The translations under genes were made by a program, and so were the position numbers. From Phoronis australis (lineage: Eukaryota > Animalia > Phoronida): a stretch of 64,000 bases of DNA. This document shows positions 45,501 to 59,100 of this stretch, one piece after another. Every line of letters starts with the position of its first letter. The stretch's first letter is position 1. The notes under the pieces are model-generated. The model was given only the letters and a program-made list of their open reading frames with translations, was not told where the DNA came from and searched no databases. The stretch is taken from assembly GCA_002633005.1 (NCBI GenBank), contig NMRA01000011.1, forward strand, positions 95,400 through 159,399. Reading direction: 5' to 3'.

Positions 45501-48500
45501 ATTACTTTTTATTATTATAACATATCACTGAAATAGGAACGTCCCATTGGTACATTGCACTTAATTTTTACATTCCGTAACTGTAAGGGTTTTCAGAAGT
45601 TTGGGCATTTTGCTGGTGTACAATTTCTACTTCAAAAACCAAACTTAAACCTCAGTTTTATTTTAACTTGAAAGAAAAGACGTCCTGTTGAATAAATATT
45701 AATGGATAATGATTTGGCGAAAATAGTTGGTTTGGAATTCATTTAATGTACATTCTTTATTCGCAGTAGCAGCCGAACTCTTCCGCTGAGTCAAACCTCA
45801 CGCGTCAAAATTTTTCAAACAAAATATAATAAAGACTTACGAATATTGTCAGTACCGTGACGCAAAGGCGAAACAGGAAAGCCGAACAACTTTTGCAAAT
45901 TCATTTCCGGATCTTTGATAATTACATAATCGATATTTCGTTGTTTGTAAATTAACGTGTAAGCCAGGCTTACGCAATTGGTAAACCGTTCATTAAGTGT
46001 CGTTGCCGGAGGAACTCATCACCAGGGAAATAGAACAAATTAAAAAGAGATTGAACTCAAATCGCTAATGATATCTTAAGTCTTGGGAAACCTGTTTACA
46101 TAGACCACGCAAAATATTTTGCGGTTTATGCTTATATCAAATCTTTGGTTTATGTAACGGTACTGCAGGGACGGTTTGATACGTACCTGTTACATGAGTT
46201 TCGCGGTGTGAACGGAAAATGTATGGACATTAGAATTTGCGGGGGTATTTACACCCAACGTTAAGCAGAAAAGTAACGCCACAGAGCAGTTTAACTTGTC
46301 TACACCAAATTTTTTGTGTGTCGAGCGTCAGCATTTTTAGAAACAACGTGGATGTGTCTTGTAATCACTAAAAGCACGCTTTTGCAACCATCTGATACAC
46401 TGAACTCAACTTTCGATTTAACTTACCAATGTATCATTTTAAATAACAATTCGAAATACAAAATGTATCTATTCTCCAAACTTACCAACTCTGTCAGCAT
46501 CAAATTTAGATATCGACCATTGGTTTGTATTGGGACAAACAGACATATCGGGGAGAACGTTCAACAGAATTGAAGCCGTGAAAATAAGACAACGGATCGT
46601 CGTTTGATTCCTTCACGAGGTTTTCTATTATTTTGTGAAGGGTTGTGTAGCTGGGAAATTAATTTACCTACGTTTTGAGAGTGAACACGATAAAAACTGA
46701 CCATCGAGGAGAGTTTTTAGAACGATAAAAGGTGTCCATTTGTCAGGATTCAACTGCAATTCGGCCAGTAGGATCCCAGGATGTCACTCATATTGACAAA
46801 GCGCTCACATACGGGTATCAAATGTTGCGAGTAGGCGGTACTTTTTCAGCAAGTTTTGAAGGACCCGCGCAGGTTCCAATAGGACCCTAAATTTCCATGT
46901 TGTCCCCGTGATACAAAAATCTACCCCGCAAAAAGGGTTTGCAATAGCAGCCCTTGCACCCACATTAGGGAGGCTCTCAGCAATTGTTGTTACACACCTG
47001 CGGGCATCTTGTACATGTAAATATGAGTGACAACTTCGGGAATAAGATGCCCAGTGTTTGCTCTTTTTCACAATATTACACATCTGCAAATTGAAGAACT
47101 GTTATTTTTATTAATTTCATCTACATGTTTTTCAAAAGCCTCAAAATTCCTCTTGAAGTAATTGCATAAAATATTTCAATGGCCAAAAACGACTTAAAAA
47201 GGTAACATTCCCCTTTTTGTTGAATGTGGTCAACATGTGCTCGTCTCAAAACCTACTACGTCATCCTTGTTTAATAATATGATTGGCATGCCCGACATGA
47301 AAAGAATTTCTGTTATTCCTTCTACCAAAGAAAAGTTATGATCGGAGAAGAAGTGAGTTCGTTCATAATGCATTGGTCATTGGACAATTATTGTCGCGGT
47401 TACTATAGACCATGAGTTACTTGAGCTCAAATTGTTTGATTTGTGTAGCAGTTTAGTAATATTGTAGAATAAAAATGAAAAGAATATGTGTTAGTGTTTT
47501 ACTGCAATACTGTATAGCTTGGTGCTGCTAAAGGCATATTTCAACCACGTGACATTGTACTTGGCTAGTACAAAAACCTTGGTAAATGTAGTGTTAAGGT
47601 CATTTCTTTATTCCACGCTGCATTGTACATTGTGATTAGAAAAGCCCGGCACACGCAGACCTACTGCTCAAGGCGTTCTTTAATCCACGTTGCATTGCAC
47701 TGACACATATATAGAACAGTTTGGTAAGCCCTACAGTACATTTATACATGTATGTACTCCTAGTAGACGAGTTCAATTTTTATTGCTAAAGCCATTATTT
47801 ACTTCTGTTCACCGATTGCCCATACATGTAGATGTTTCTCCGGGTCAAGATGTTCTCTAGGTATTTGAATTCCAAGTTTTCATCCACGGCGATAGTGTCG
47901 TTTTTCAAATGCATTGTGGGGCAGTTGTCGACCCGTAATATAAACATTTGGTGATTTCACAAATTTCCTAAAGGCGGGTATAACTTGATTTGGAGTTTGC
48001 GTTTTATTTGGTGAGGTTTGACTTTGGCGTAACTGACGTGAATGGCTAGTGCACTAGAATCTTTCGCGCAAAAGATTTGCGAGCTTAGGCATTTACTCCA
48101 TGGCTCGTGGTTTCAATTTTTTATTTTTGTGCGATTGTTATAAAGTATAGGTGTCGCACCAAAGACATGTTGCAGTGACCGGATGCTGTCAATTCTGCTG
48201 CGCTCAAGAGGCAATTGTTGTTCAACACCACACGGTTTAAAGTCATATGTGATAACAGCAGCGTTGTTATGATTAAATGCCCAGAATTGAAATGGAATCA
48301 TTTATGGTTACAGTTGTATTCCCTGTGTTCAACCAAGAGGCTCTTAGTCCAGCAATTAAATCTTTTGGATAATGACTATTTGCACTTAGGGAATTGTTTA
48401 TTACTCAATATTTCTGCTTATGTGGGAAATCATGGATCACGGACAACAAATTTGAAATTCAGGTATTTCCTATGAAGTTTGCAGACGAGGCACTATTCTC

Positions 48501-48861
48501 TTCCAGTGCGCAACTTAGCTTCCGGTAAGCGAGCAGACGGCGTACATGTCTGACACACTTGTGGAATGCTTTAATTAAAAGGTCATCCTGCCGCAGAAAC
48601 TTAATCTAATATAGTAATTTTTGCAGAAGATGTAAACCCTAAAATATCTTTTTATTCAATTGTTGAGGCTTTTGGACCTTAACTGTGGCAGGAAGCTATT
48701 CAGTAAAGATCTCTTGCTACAAAACAGCCCTCTGCAGAGTTCTCACAAATTCCCGGCGGCTACCCCAGTACAAGAGAGGAAACAAAAATCCAAATGCTGT
48801 TGCACTGTAGATTCTAGAAATCTAAGTTAAAGTCCCTTCTGTAGAAGGATGTGCTTTGAAA

Positions 48862-49310
48862 ATGGCGGATAGAAACGAGAAGAGGCTAAAATTCTGGACT
48901 TCATTTACTTAAAACAACTTCAAGGAACTACTGAGTGCCATTCGTGCCAATCACTGGCAAAAACTGACGTAAAACCTGACTCTCCATTCTTCGGTAGAAC
49001 TAGAAACGAACCGTGGCTTTGGACCTTCAGAACATCTTGGATATTTTCCTAACCTATAGGCGAACACCCGGAGCCCTTCGGGTACTTTCGTAGCCTCAGC
49101 TCTTTCGTGGGAAGTGTTTGAAATGCGTGCAAGACTATGAAAAAAAAAATTGCCGTATATCTGACGTTCACACATACGCAGATATGAAACAATTCCAAGG
49201 GGGAATTTGTGGGTAAAAGAACACCCAAGGTCTTCCGTATGCTCAATGAGGTGTTATGGGCTGAGTTCGCGGCGTAAACGAAAACATTTCGCTAGCTTGT
49301 GCAATAACGT
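48862..49310 (+). pseudogene. Possible decayed ORF with two death-domain-like patterns
   Basis: Across stops and frameshifts: FKELLSAIRANHWQKLT*NLTL..VELE and ARL*KKIAVYLTFTHTQI*N...VFRMLNE..W...TFR*LV. Pattern match by eye only. Confidence 0.3.
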
Positions 49311-51059
49311 ACTTCGTTTGTGATGCATGGCTGCATCTGTACCTTATTAGTTTTGCATTTTCGCTAGGTTCTCGCGTCTGCAGAGACCAGTCTCATAAGG
49401 ATATACGTGGACTGAATTATGCTTGGGGCTTAACGCCTGTGTGTATCATGTATCTTCCGAGAACTGTACTTTTGCATAAGTGTCAGTCTTCGATTTAGAT
49501 ATCGCATTCCAACGGACTTTTGAAAACATTAATCAAATCTGCGGAAACGCTCTCGGCAGAGACATGCACGAGACGTGTGTGTGTGACTGGGTACACGGTG
49601 GAACACATATTCGTTTCATTATTAATTATGCAGACGAGAGGGTGAGCCGTGCTTGATTAATCGGATTTCGGCATTTGGGATGTCAGCGATAAATCAGACA
49701 ACTGTCACATTGAGTAAAACAACACACAAATCTAGCGTATTTTATAGCTTGTTTTTCTTGCAACAACAACAACAGTGATCAGTCTAGTGAGAAAGGGGCA
49801 TGAAACACGCCATAGTTGATACGGTAAACCAATACATTAGTTTGATTTTCAATGAAAACGCAAATCTATTTGTTTCTTAATACGACTTGCGTTCTAAAAT
49901 TTTATATCCATTTTGTAAAACGAAAAAGGAAAACCCGTACTCTACTTCGAATCAATTTTTAGTTTGTATATTGGAAGTACGATACTAAACAAAATGAAAT
50001 TTTCAAATTTAGTTTTACGCACTGGAAGTAGGATATTGAATACACATTGAAATTCCAGATTCCTGCCCTATGGGCATCATATTTGGAATGTGTGTGCTAG
50101 ACTGGATTTTAAAGCAGATTGCGAAAAAGTCTTTTTTACCAAAAGAGGTTCTAAACTACTACGGTTGTACATTTGTTGTTCAATTGTAACTGAATCCTTT
50201 AAAATTATTTTTTGTTTTCTAATAGTGAAAGTAAACAATTTAAAATGTACCCTGGCATGTTCAATGTAACATTAACTGATTAAGATTGCACGCAAGAACG
50301 CTGTAACTCTTTCCGCATTGTTTCAACCAGAGTTCCAGGAGGGTTATTTTTTTTTCTTTAATATGAGCTAACCATCTAGTTGCGCAGTTAGTTTATAGAA
50401 CAAGTTGCTTCGAATTACTTCCTCTGATGTTTAAATTCGGACACTTCAAAGACGTGATGCAGCCGAACAGTCCGGAAAACATGATAAAAATATGGTTCAG
50501 TTAGCCATTTTATGGTATCGACTGCATTTCTTTCCGTACTGACCTTTTTTTTCTTAAATTCTCCCTTGTAATACACCTGTCGTGTACCACCGCACTCATT
50601 TTGCCATGTTTTCGCCCGCCGGCTCCAGAGACCAAACCGCTTCAGCTTCCCTACATGTACGTGAACGGTCCCTAGGTGTAATTAGACCAGTGCCTACCCA
50701 GAGACTAGAAGACTCCGATCTATCCAGGCTCGGGAATGGCCGCAGCCGGAAATGAGGTCAATGAGTAACTTAGCAACGAAATGGGACACCGACAGTAAGG
50801 GCACAGATTGGTCCCCTTTTCACTATAATTCTGCTTTACGTTTGATTTGATATTGTTATCTGATTAACAACAGCAACACATTTTTAATCTCACTGTCACC
50901 ATGTACTGCGCTGATGCATAGGTCGTAGTAAATGTGCAGCACTGATGTGGCAAATGTAGTCAGCTCACGTGACTTCCTGGCTGGCGGCTGGAACAAGGAT
51001 ACAGACTATGACATGCTCTATGATTTCAAGCACGTGCTTCTAGTGCCTCCTAACAGACG

Positions 51060-51810
51060 AGAAAAGAGGTGTAGTTGATGATAAAAGAACTAAATTCCGC
51101 AGAATTGAGTTTGTGGGAGAATAACTTCTGAAATCAGTTCTCAATAAAAAGAATTGCACTACTATCGAGAACGCCTGTGTGGAACGAATGGGGGAATTGT
51201 CTCCCCTGTCATTGCGGTGTGATAGAATGCTGAGGATTTGGTACAGCCTCACTCCCTCAGAACAAACGGAATTCGAAAAAATAAGATTCAAATCAAACTC
51301 TAGTGATGCACAAATCAGAAATTTTCACCTGAAACAAATACGTGATTATTTTAGCAGTCGTGCAATGGTTTACAAGCACGATGAATGACTTAATGTAGTC
51401 ATACATGTCGGTGTCGCCAGATTTGCGTGCTGTGGCCAATGACCCAAGGTCAGCCGAGAGTTTGGAAATGTCATACAGCATTGCCGCGTCTCTAGAATAA
51501 AGATCACCATTTGTTCTAACTTTTTGCTTGAAACCATTTTTAATGCAATGGAATTGCAGAACAAATTGACCGAAATAGATAGATCACGCGATATAAAATT
51601 GTCCTATCAGAAGATTTCGCAAACAAGCATCCTCGTATCCAAGATCTGTCCACTTGCACACTTTCGTTGCCCACATCCGTGACAATTGAGTCACAAGTGT
51701 GGCATCCAATCAAAGATGCCTTCCTAGATTTGTCCCCTGTGTCATGTGACGGACGAGACAAAAGTGTTCGCAATTTTACTTGGAAATCAATTCGTAACAC
51801 CTCCTAATTC
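51060..51810 (+). pseudogene. Possible decayed SGNH/GDSL-esterase-like ORF (LINE ORF1-type)
   Basis: One frame reads IEFVGE*LLKSV (GDS-like block I), then LNVVIHVGV (block III-like), then KITICS; three in-frame stops. Confidence 0.3.
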
Positions 51811-52989
51811 CTATATATCCTTTCTCTCAAGGCATGCAATATCATTTTGGAAATTGTTGTTTTTTCACATGTAAAGTGTGGCAATTTTAAAAGCCAAATG
51901 GACAAAACTTTAGAGCATACAAATTGGCGATTTCTGTATCAGAGCCGCAACATTATTCCATACACGAAGCGTGTCAGAAAAAAGTGGATCTTAAATATGA
52001 TCACTGGAGTAATGTTTTACATATTTTGATTATCTCGTGGAGTGGCTACCAAATAAGTTACAGTGAAAGACATTATCGGTGAGAAAAGTCTTTTTCTGAA
52101 CCCAGGCGTGATCGCAGTCAACTAAATCCAAATGATAACTGAAAGATTATTTTAGAGAAATCTTCAAAACACAAAGGATGTCATGCGTCATTTTGTTGCG
52201 AAAGCGTATAGGCTCAGTGTTTACTAATCTTAATCAGTTTTGCCACCGCACTTTTAATATATTTCTTCATCGATGACGTCCTTGGGGGTTTTGTGATAAG
52301 TTAGTTATATTTTCGCATATTATAAAAAGACGCTACTCACACTTTTCATTTGATCGCTTTATTATTCTTCTATAGTAGGCCTAATTCTAGTTAGACTTAG
52401 CTTACATCCTCAATAGTTTTCCAATGTGTTTGCTTTCTTGCATGGCGCCATTTCCACATGACATGAACTACGGAATGGCGTGCAACACAGTGAAAACTTA
52501 CACGGTGTTGACGAGAAACGAGGAATCCCAGGTGGCCACGTTTAAATAGATCTGCGGTATTGTTTCTTTTACCGGTAAACACTGAACCAGATAATCAAAC
52601 AACCGAACAACCTATTTATAAAATATTTTAGAACGTGAAACAAACACTTCCTGTATCCTGTGACTCAATTCTACACTTAATTATTCCAAATTTTTGCTGT
52701 TTTCAAACTTCCAGCGAGTGGAATATTCAATAAAACCCNTAAATAAAAAGTAACGTATATTTTAAATCGGTGAGTGTAGCTAGAACAAAAGAAACCTGAG
52801 CACAAGTGTTAGTGGTAGAAAATGCATGCGTAGAAAACTATTTACTGAGAGGTAGAGAAGACTTTGTACAGAAAGAACATACACGTCTACTCTATGTAAA
52901 CACAAAGCATAGTCAAAACCCTAATGATTGTCAACACGAAGCGAAAGACATGACCCAATATCAGATACAGTTTTGGCACTCAAAGTCTT

Positions 52990-53130
52990 GAAGTTCCCTT
53001 AGAAAAGTCGAAACTATTAACTTAAATTTTGTCAGATCATTACAGCATCTAATAGTTTCAAGCAATTTGTTCCACAGAGAAAGAGCAAAATCGGGAGACA
53101 TATAAGACATTTTGTCCCCGGAAGTTATAG
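52990..53130 (-). mobile_element. CR1/L2-clade LINE ORF2 C-terminal remnant
   Basis: FALSLWNKLLETIRCCNDLTKFK resembles the LWNxLPxxIR....LxxFK motif. Confidence 0.55.
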
Positions 53131-56100
53131 TATGATTGCCGCAATGCGAAGCAATCAATAGAATCTGGGCCGACATGGTGGACGTATCTGCCCTTGTTAG
53201 CAAAGCTGTACGCGAGGACCGGTAGTCATTAAACACAAACTTCAGGGCTTCAAACTGAAACTCTTGGTTTTTTCTGCCTCATCCAACACCTGTTCACCTT
53301 ATTTTGTACATCAGTTATTCTGTTTTCAATAACTTTTATGTTTTGCTGGACGTTTGAAAGGTTTCATCAAGAAAAAATCTGCTAAGAGATTAAAGTTTTA
53401 CAAGCGATGATAGACAAATCACTGTTCCCACGAGAGTGCGTTTCTGCGATCAACACTCCACGACTCAGCGTCTCCGTAAGCTGTGTAAGTTGTGATTTCC
53501 TGACTAGACATAAATTAATTAAAACAAATTCAAATAATTTCAACACGATATAATAATAACAATTGAAAACTTCCGTGTAATCGGCTTCGTCTGATACTTC
53601 AAGATAACAGCGTTACATATGCACCTTTCGTCCAAAATTTAACTTTTGATATGAAGCCGACCTACAAAACTGGTAAGTGGCTATATGAATAGTCTTATTG
53701 GCTGCTGCGTTGTTGAAATGTAGAAGACGTATTTTTATGTAAACCAACAAATATAAAGCGTACATCAACCACAACAGCTTATCCGCACCATGTTTCCAGT
53801 AAACCTTTCACCAGACACATGCATGTGCTGCGTTTGTAACCTGGGGCAAACATGTGTGAGTACCCTTTTGCCAACAAGCCCAGAAACCTTCTTGCTTTAA
53901 TCAACGAATTCCGATCAACCCAGCCGTGTTACAAGGCACCTAGACTCCCCTGACCGCGAGCAGCTCTGGCCCGTCTGCGCACAACTTTCTTCTCCTGCGC
54001 GCACTATTTCACTGACGCGGACGCATTTCGCGTCAGTTTTCTACAGTAAATGAATTACTTCAAGGTCACGTCAATCAAATGCTATCTTCAGTAATAAACA
54101 AATGGAACAACAATAAAACCACTAAAACTTATTTCAGCCTACTCCTGACACGCAAACATGTTATATTTTTCTGTCGCTTTATATCTTGATTTTGTGGCCC
54201 TCTTTTATTCCTGCATTCTTTAATAATTACAAATATGCTAAAACTGACCTGTTTTTCCGCTGAACACAAATGGACTTAAATTACAGGTTTTGGTGAAAAA
54301 GTCTATTTTTCTTATCAATTATAATACTAAGAACTGAATGTATAATTTACTATAGTTATTTATCAAAGCTAAGACTAACTTAAACATAAAACAGTTGAAA
54401 AAAGACAATCAGTTCACAAATGAAATGTGATGCAGTCATTTAATTTAATTGTTAGACGTGTACCGGTATACGGTTATAGTAAAACAACTATAGAAAACAA
54501 GGGTGGTGAAGAAACACAATGCATCGTTAACAGTTAGCACTAGTCAAGCTTTTGTTAGTCTCATCAAGCTAGTTTTGCAACATTTTATTACAAAAATAAG
54601 CAAATTGGAATCCTCTGTTTTGTTTCTTCCAAATAATTTTGTATGACTTTTTTAAAGAAGCGTTTTCAAGCACAAGCGGACTTGAAACCGACATAAATGT
54701 CCAATAAACGATGCATTTCTCGGAATTTACACAAGCCTCGGGCAACCAGCGTTCAGCACTAGCTGCAGTTTTTTATGTTACGAAAATGTTTCGTTTAGAC
54801 ATCACAAATCCGTATGCGTGTGTTCGACACCTAACCAGTCTGTAAATAAGTATTTGCACACACGCTCTACAAGATCGTTAAAAAGTGGAACACAATTTTG
54901 CACAAATATTGCAATTAAAAATCGTAGTTATAAAACCTGAAGGAAACAAAATACTGTAAGTTTTTCCTAACCAATAGAAAAAGTCATTTCATGAAAGAAG
55001 TCGGCAGAATATTAAATAATGTCAACATTTTCCACACACATGCACTGCTCTCGAGTACATGTACTGTATACATATATACTGCCATAAGTTGATGTCGTGA
55101 TTTGTGAGAAGATGTCAACAGCTAACCTAATAACCTAGTTTGAACTTCACTTGAATGGTTAATTTAGAAACCAGACCGAACCTCGAGATCTTAATCTGGC
55201 GGAAACAGATTAATCGAAGTCTCCATTTTGAAGGTGGTCTTTTTTATTTCTTTGAGTGTCCGTAATTCTTGTGCAGGAGACATGAACAGAACAGAGGATG
55301 ATTATTTTATAATCCGGGTATGTTTTTAAACTTTTGTGACAGTTGTACATTCCACATTTCGTCGATTTTTTGTGTGCTGCTACTTTGTGTGTCCGCATCA
55401 AACCGTTTCCCGTTTTTAGTCCTTCGTTTGAATTTTAGTAAAAGGTCCACATTCGCAGAATTTCGGCTCCCTATATTTTTTTTGCTGGGTGCGCGCATGC
55501 AATCGTGCTTTGACTCATTGCCCCAGACAACATGTTGGCCCCCACCCTTATAATATCCTAGATCTGCCACTGTGTATATTCCAAAGAAATACGTTCAAAA
55601 CGCATTCTTTTGAGATTGCAGGGTGGGATAGACATCTTGAAGTTATTAGCTTTGAGTTTTGTGTTTTGCTATTGCTGCTGGCTTTACCAGTTTAATACTC
55701 TTAAAATATTTTCTATTCATCGAATGGGTTTTAGCACCACCAACAGATTGCGACCCCAGGGGTTACAGGTTGGGGGCTGATCTCAGAAAGGAACATTTCT
55801 CGCTGATAATGTAGTGAATAAGCCGCAACTAGGGTCCCGATGGGTCATTAGTTCATTTGTAGAGATGCTCCAGGGCATATTTATATCTTTTTTAATCAAT
55901 CAATGTCAGATTTTAATTGTTTAGGATATTACTAAAACGTGTATGGATGGAGTGATTCTAGTTATGTGGACAATTTAAAAAAGATGCGCAGATATTCTAA
56001 TGAGGTCACAATGCAACTCTAACGAGACTTTCGATAACAGGCTGTTTAAACAGACACTATTGGCAAGAACAGCTCAATAGCTTTCGTGAAGTAAGTTGCA

Positions 56101-59100
56101 GCGCTGAATCGAGCCTTGTACCTCCACTTAACGCTCTGCAACTTGTCTAATTCCCACTCGTTAAGTGGCTGAGTGCACTGTATTCTCTTCAGCGAATGTC
56201 TGACAGACAACTGTCAGTGAGAGAATTGGTGATTTGTAATAATAACAAAATCAAAGCACATCTTGTTGTTGTATGGCTCAGATTGAAGTTAGTAACTTCA
56301 AGAAATCTATGATAATCCAGAAACAATCCTCAAAATGTCTTTTTCGTCCGTAAACCCATAAAGTCCCTCTACATGTATATCTGAAGATTTTTCCGGCGAG
56401 AGATCGAATTTATCAGAAATTAGCTGTTCAAAGCTAACAACTTCATGAAGTTTATCCCAAGCAACGATAATCCTACATACACGTTTTTAGCCGTAAAAAC
56501 TAAAATGGTCCTTAAGCTGACCGGGGCAGATAATACGACGAAGATGCAAAACCATTGCATGCACGTGATCAAACGACATATTACGCATGCGCATTTGTGT
56601 TCAACAATTACCTCATTGACTGATTGATGCTTAGTGTTTGATTTGTTAAAACATCCTCAGTGGTTTTGGTTATTTCAGACTGGTACTCTTGCTGAGCCGA
56701 ATGAGAAGACACAGTGTCCCTGAAAGGTAATTTTCGTGGAATGAGAACAAATGGACAATCGCTGAAGTGTAAACACTTCTTAGTAGTTATATTACAAGTG
56801 TAAATGCATTAACGATTATGCTTAATAGCTTATCTATTTAGTATGGGGGATATATCCGTTTGACTTATTGATTAGAAAGCTCCAGAGAAAATTTTTAGTT
56901 TTTGCGTCCAACAGGATTCCCGAGTCAAGAATTTCTAGAAGCCGCAAGAATCATTGCAACGTAGACGAATGGTGGGTGACTCGGGTATTTTTGCTCATAA
57001 ATATTGCCCTCGGCTCCTCATAATAACGTAATCAATGAAATTAGTTACACAAGCATGACCATTGTCAGTCTCTCAGATGTATATGTTAAAAAGGTTATGT
57101 GCGCTAATACGATATATTGATGATGTCTCAATGCTAATTATTAGCGGTAAAGAACAAGAATAGGCGAGAATACGAAAAATATTCCATTTACGTTAAAACC
57201 AAACCTAATACAGTTTGGAAATATATTAGGTTACGCATCATTTACGTAATTGTCAAATACACGCATCCATGATTTTAACACTGGCGCAAAATAAACTTTG
57301 AGGTGCTGGGGAAAATTTGCTTATTTGATTTCACAAATGTACAAAAATAAGGAAAGCATTTAGGAAAATAGGTACGTTATTAAAAATGAAATAGAATAAT
57401 GCCATTTATCTCTGACATTTATTGTGGAATTTCTAGACATGTGGCCATTTAATACCAATTTTAGTTATGTCACGGAGTGACATATCGATGAGGCTGGAAA
57501 TTCAAAACTTACCTAACGAGGGATTTGAGCTTGGGTCTCATAATATGCAAGCGCACACGTGACCGCTAATCCGAGCACGCGCAGTACAAACAGATTTGAA
57601 CAAATGTATTGTGTGCAGGGATATTCGATGTCGGAGACGTTATTGGTTGAGTATATTATTTCTCGACCTAAAAAGGGAACTTTCAAACATTTTTATCGAT
57701 CTGCGCAAAACAACCAAACTTCATTTTGAGGACAGCATCTCCAATTCCTCCGTTAAAACCGCATTAAATCTTGGCAAATGTTGATAACTGAATTTACATG
57801 CGATTTTTTAAAACATGGCATACGACAAATTAATATTCTTAAAATTGTTGTTGTCATTAGTGTTGACCTGGTGGCTTATGATGTCATCCAAGTAGTTTCA
57901 AACGCATAAACATGAAGAAGCCAAAGGTTTCTACCAGATGGAAAGTGTTATTTATATCAGAAAAGTGAGGGATAAATTTGTTATTAATTGGTTACTGGGT
58001 TGTTAAACGTATGGTTTTTAGAAAAAATATCACTCTCTGGCTTTGCCTTTGAGTGTTTTTTAAACGATCTCGTTCCTCAGAAGACGTTTATCACTTCCCC
58101 CAATAACATTAAAAAGGTGAAGTATAAGTTGAATTTTAAAAATCTTGATAACTGTGATGCCTCTCAAGCATTTAGCGAGGAAGAGAATTCTGTGAAATAA
58201 TTACCAAATTCAAAAACTTTATGATCCGCTGGTTTTAATTACCATCATTACTTCTTTTAGTGTCTTGTAAGTTCGTGGCTTGACTATTGACAAGTGATCT
58301 CTGAGGTAACCAGCGCTGGGTTGCATAAACCTTCAAAATTATCCGCTGGATAAGTTTGATTGCTGCATGACGTCAGATGCATCGTTCGAAAATAACAACG
58401 TGATAATGCGCCGTCATTGTTGCTATACGGTGTATAACGTTTATGCAACTGTGTCCAGGACTATTATTATGAACAAATTTGTGTACCAGGTAGAGATACG
58501 TTGATTAACTCAACATAAACGAGAAATTATCTGCGAGAAAAGAGATTTTCTTTGATTAGCCTGATGCTGGCAAAGCAAAACACCCACTCGATTGCCAGGG
58601 AATTTTAAAGAGACTTGGAACACAAAAATTCGTAAAAATACGCATTAAACATATCGAGGCGAATACACGTCATGGGGATGCTAACGTGAGAGTTATTCTC
58701 TTTGATTATTACAAGAAAAATATCGTCAGATTCACAATTTTTGAAATACGTAAACTATTTCAACCCAATCCAGTTTTCAAAATTTCAGCCCATAATATTT
58801 TATAAGCGTGCCTGCGCTGAAAGAAGTTTGACTGGCTGCTGCTTGGAATCGCCATTGTTTTATTACATTAAGCACCAAGCGTCCCATTTTTATTTACGGT
58901 GTAAGTCTATATATGGTTGCCATACCGAATAAGGAGACGTGTTTTGCTTTAGGTGTAGAAAGTTTAACGAAGTTTGAAATTAAAGCAAAAAAGCCTTAAC
59001 AGAAAATCAAAATTTTTGCGAACAAATCGTACTAAATGCTGACATCGATTTCAGTGAATGCCTGATAGACAACGGTGAAAACAGCAGATTTGTAATAAAC

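Noticed and set aside
45269-45531. Poly-Met, poly-His and poly-Ser ORFs
   Set aside because: Translations of a (CAT)n microsatellite.
57512-57590. tRNA-like sequence on the minus strand
   Set aside because: A and B boxes are too degenerate and no cloverleaf forms; at best an old SINE head.
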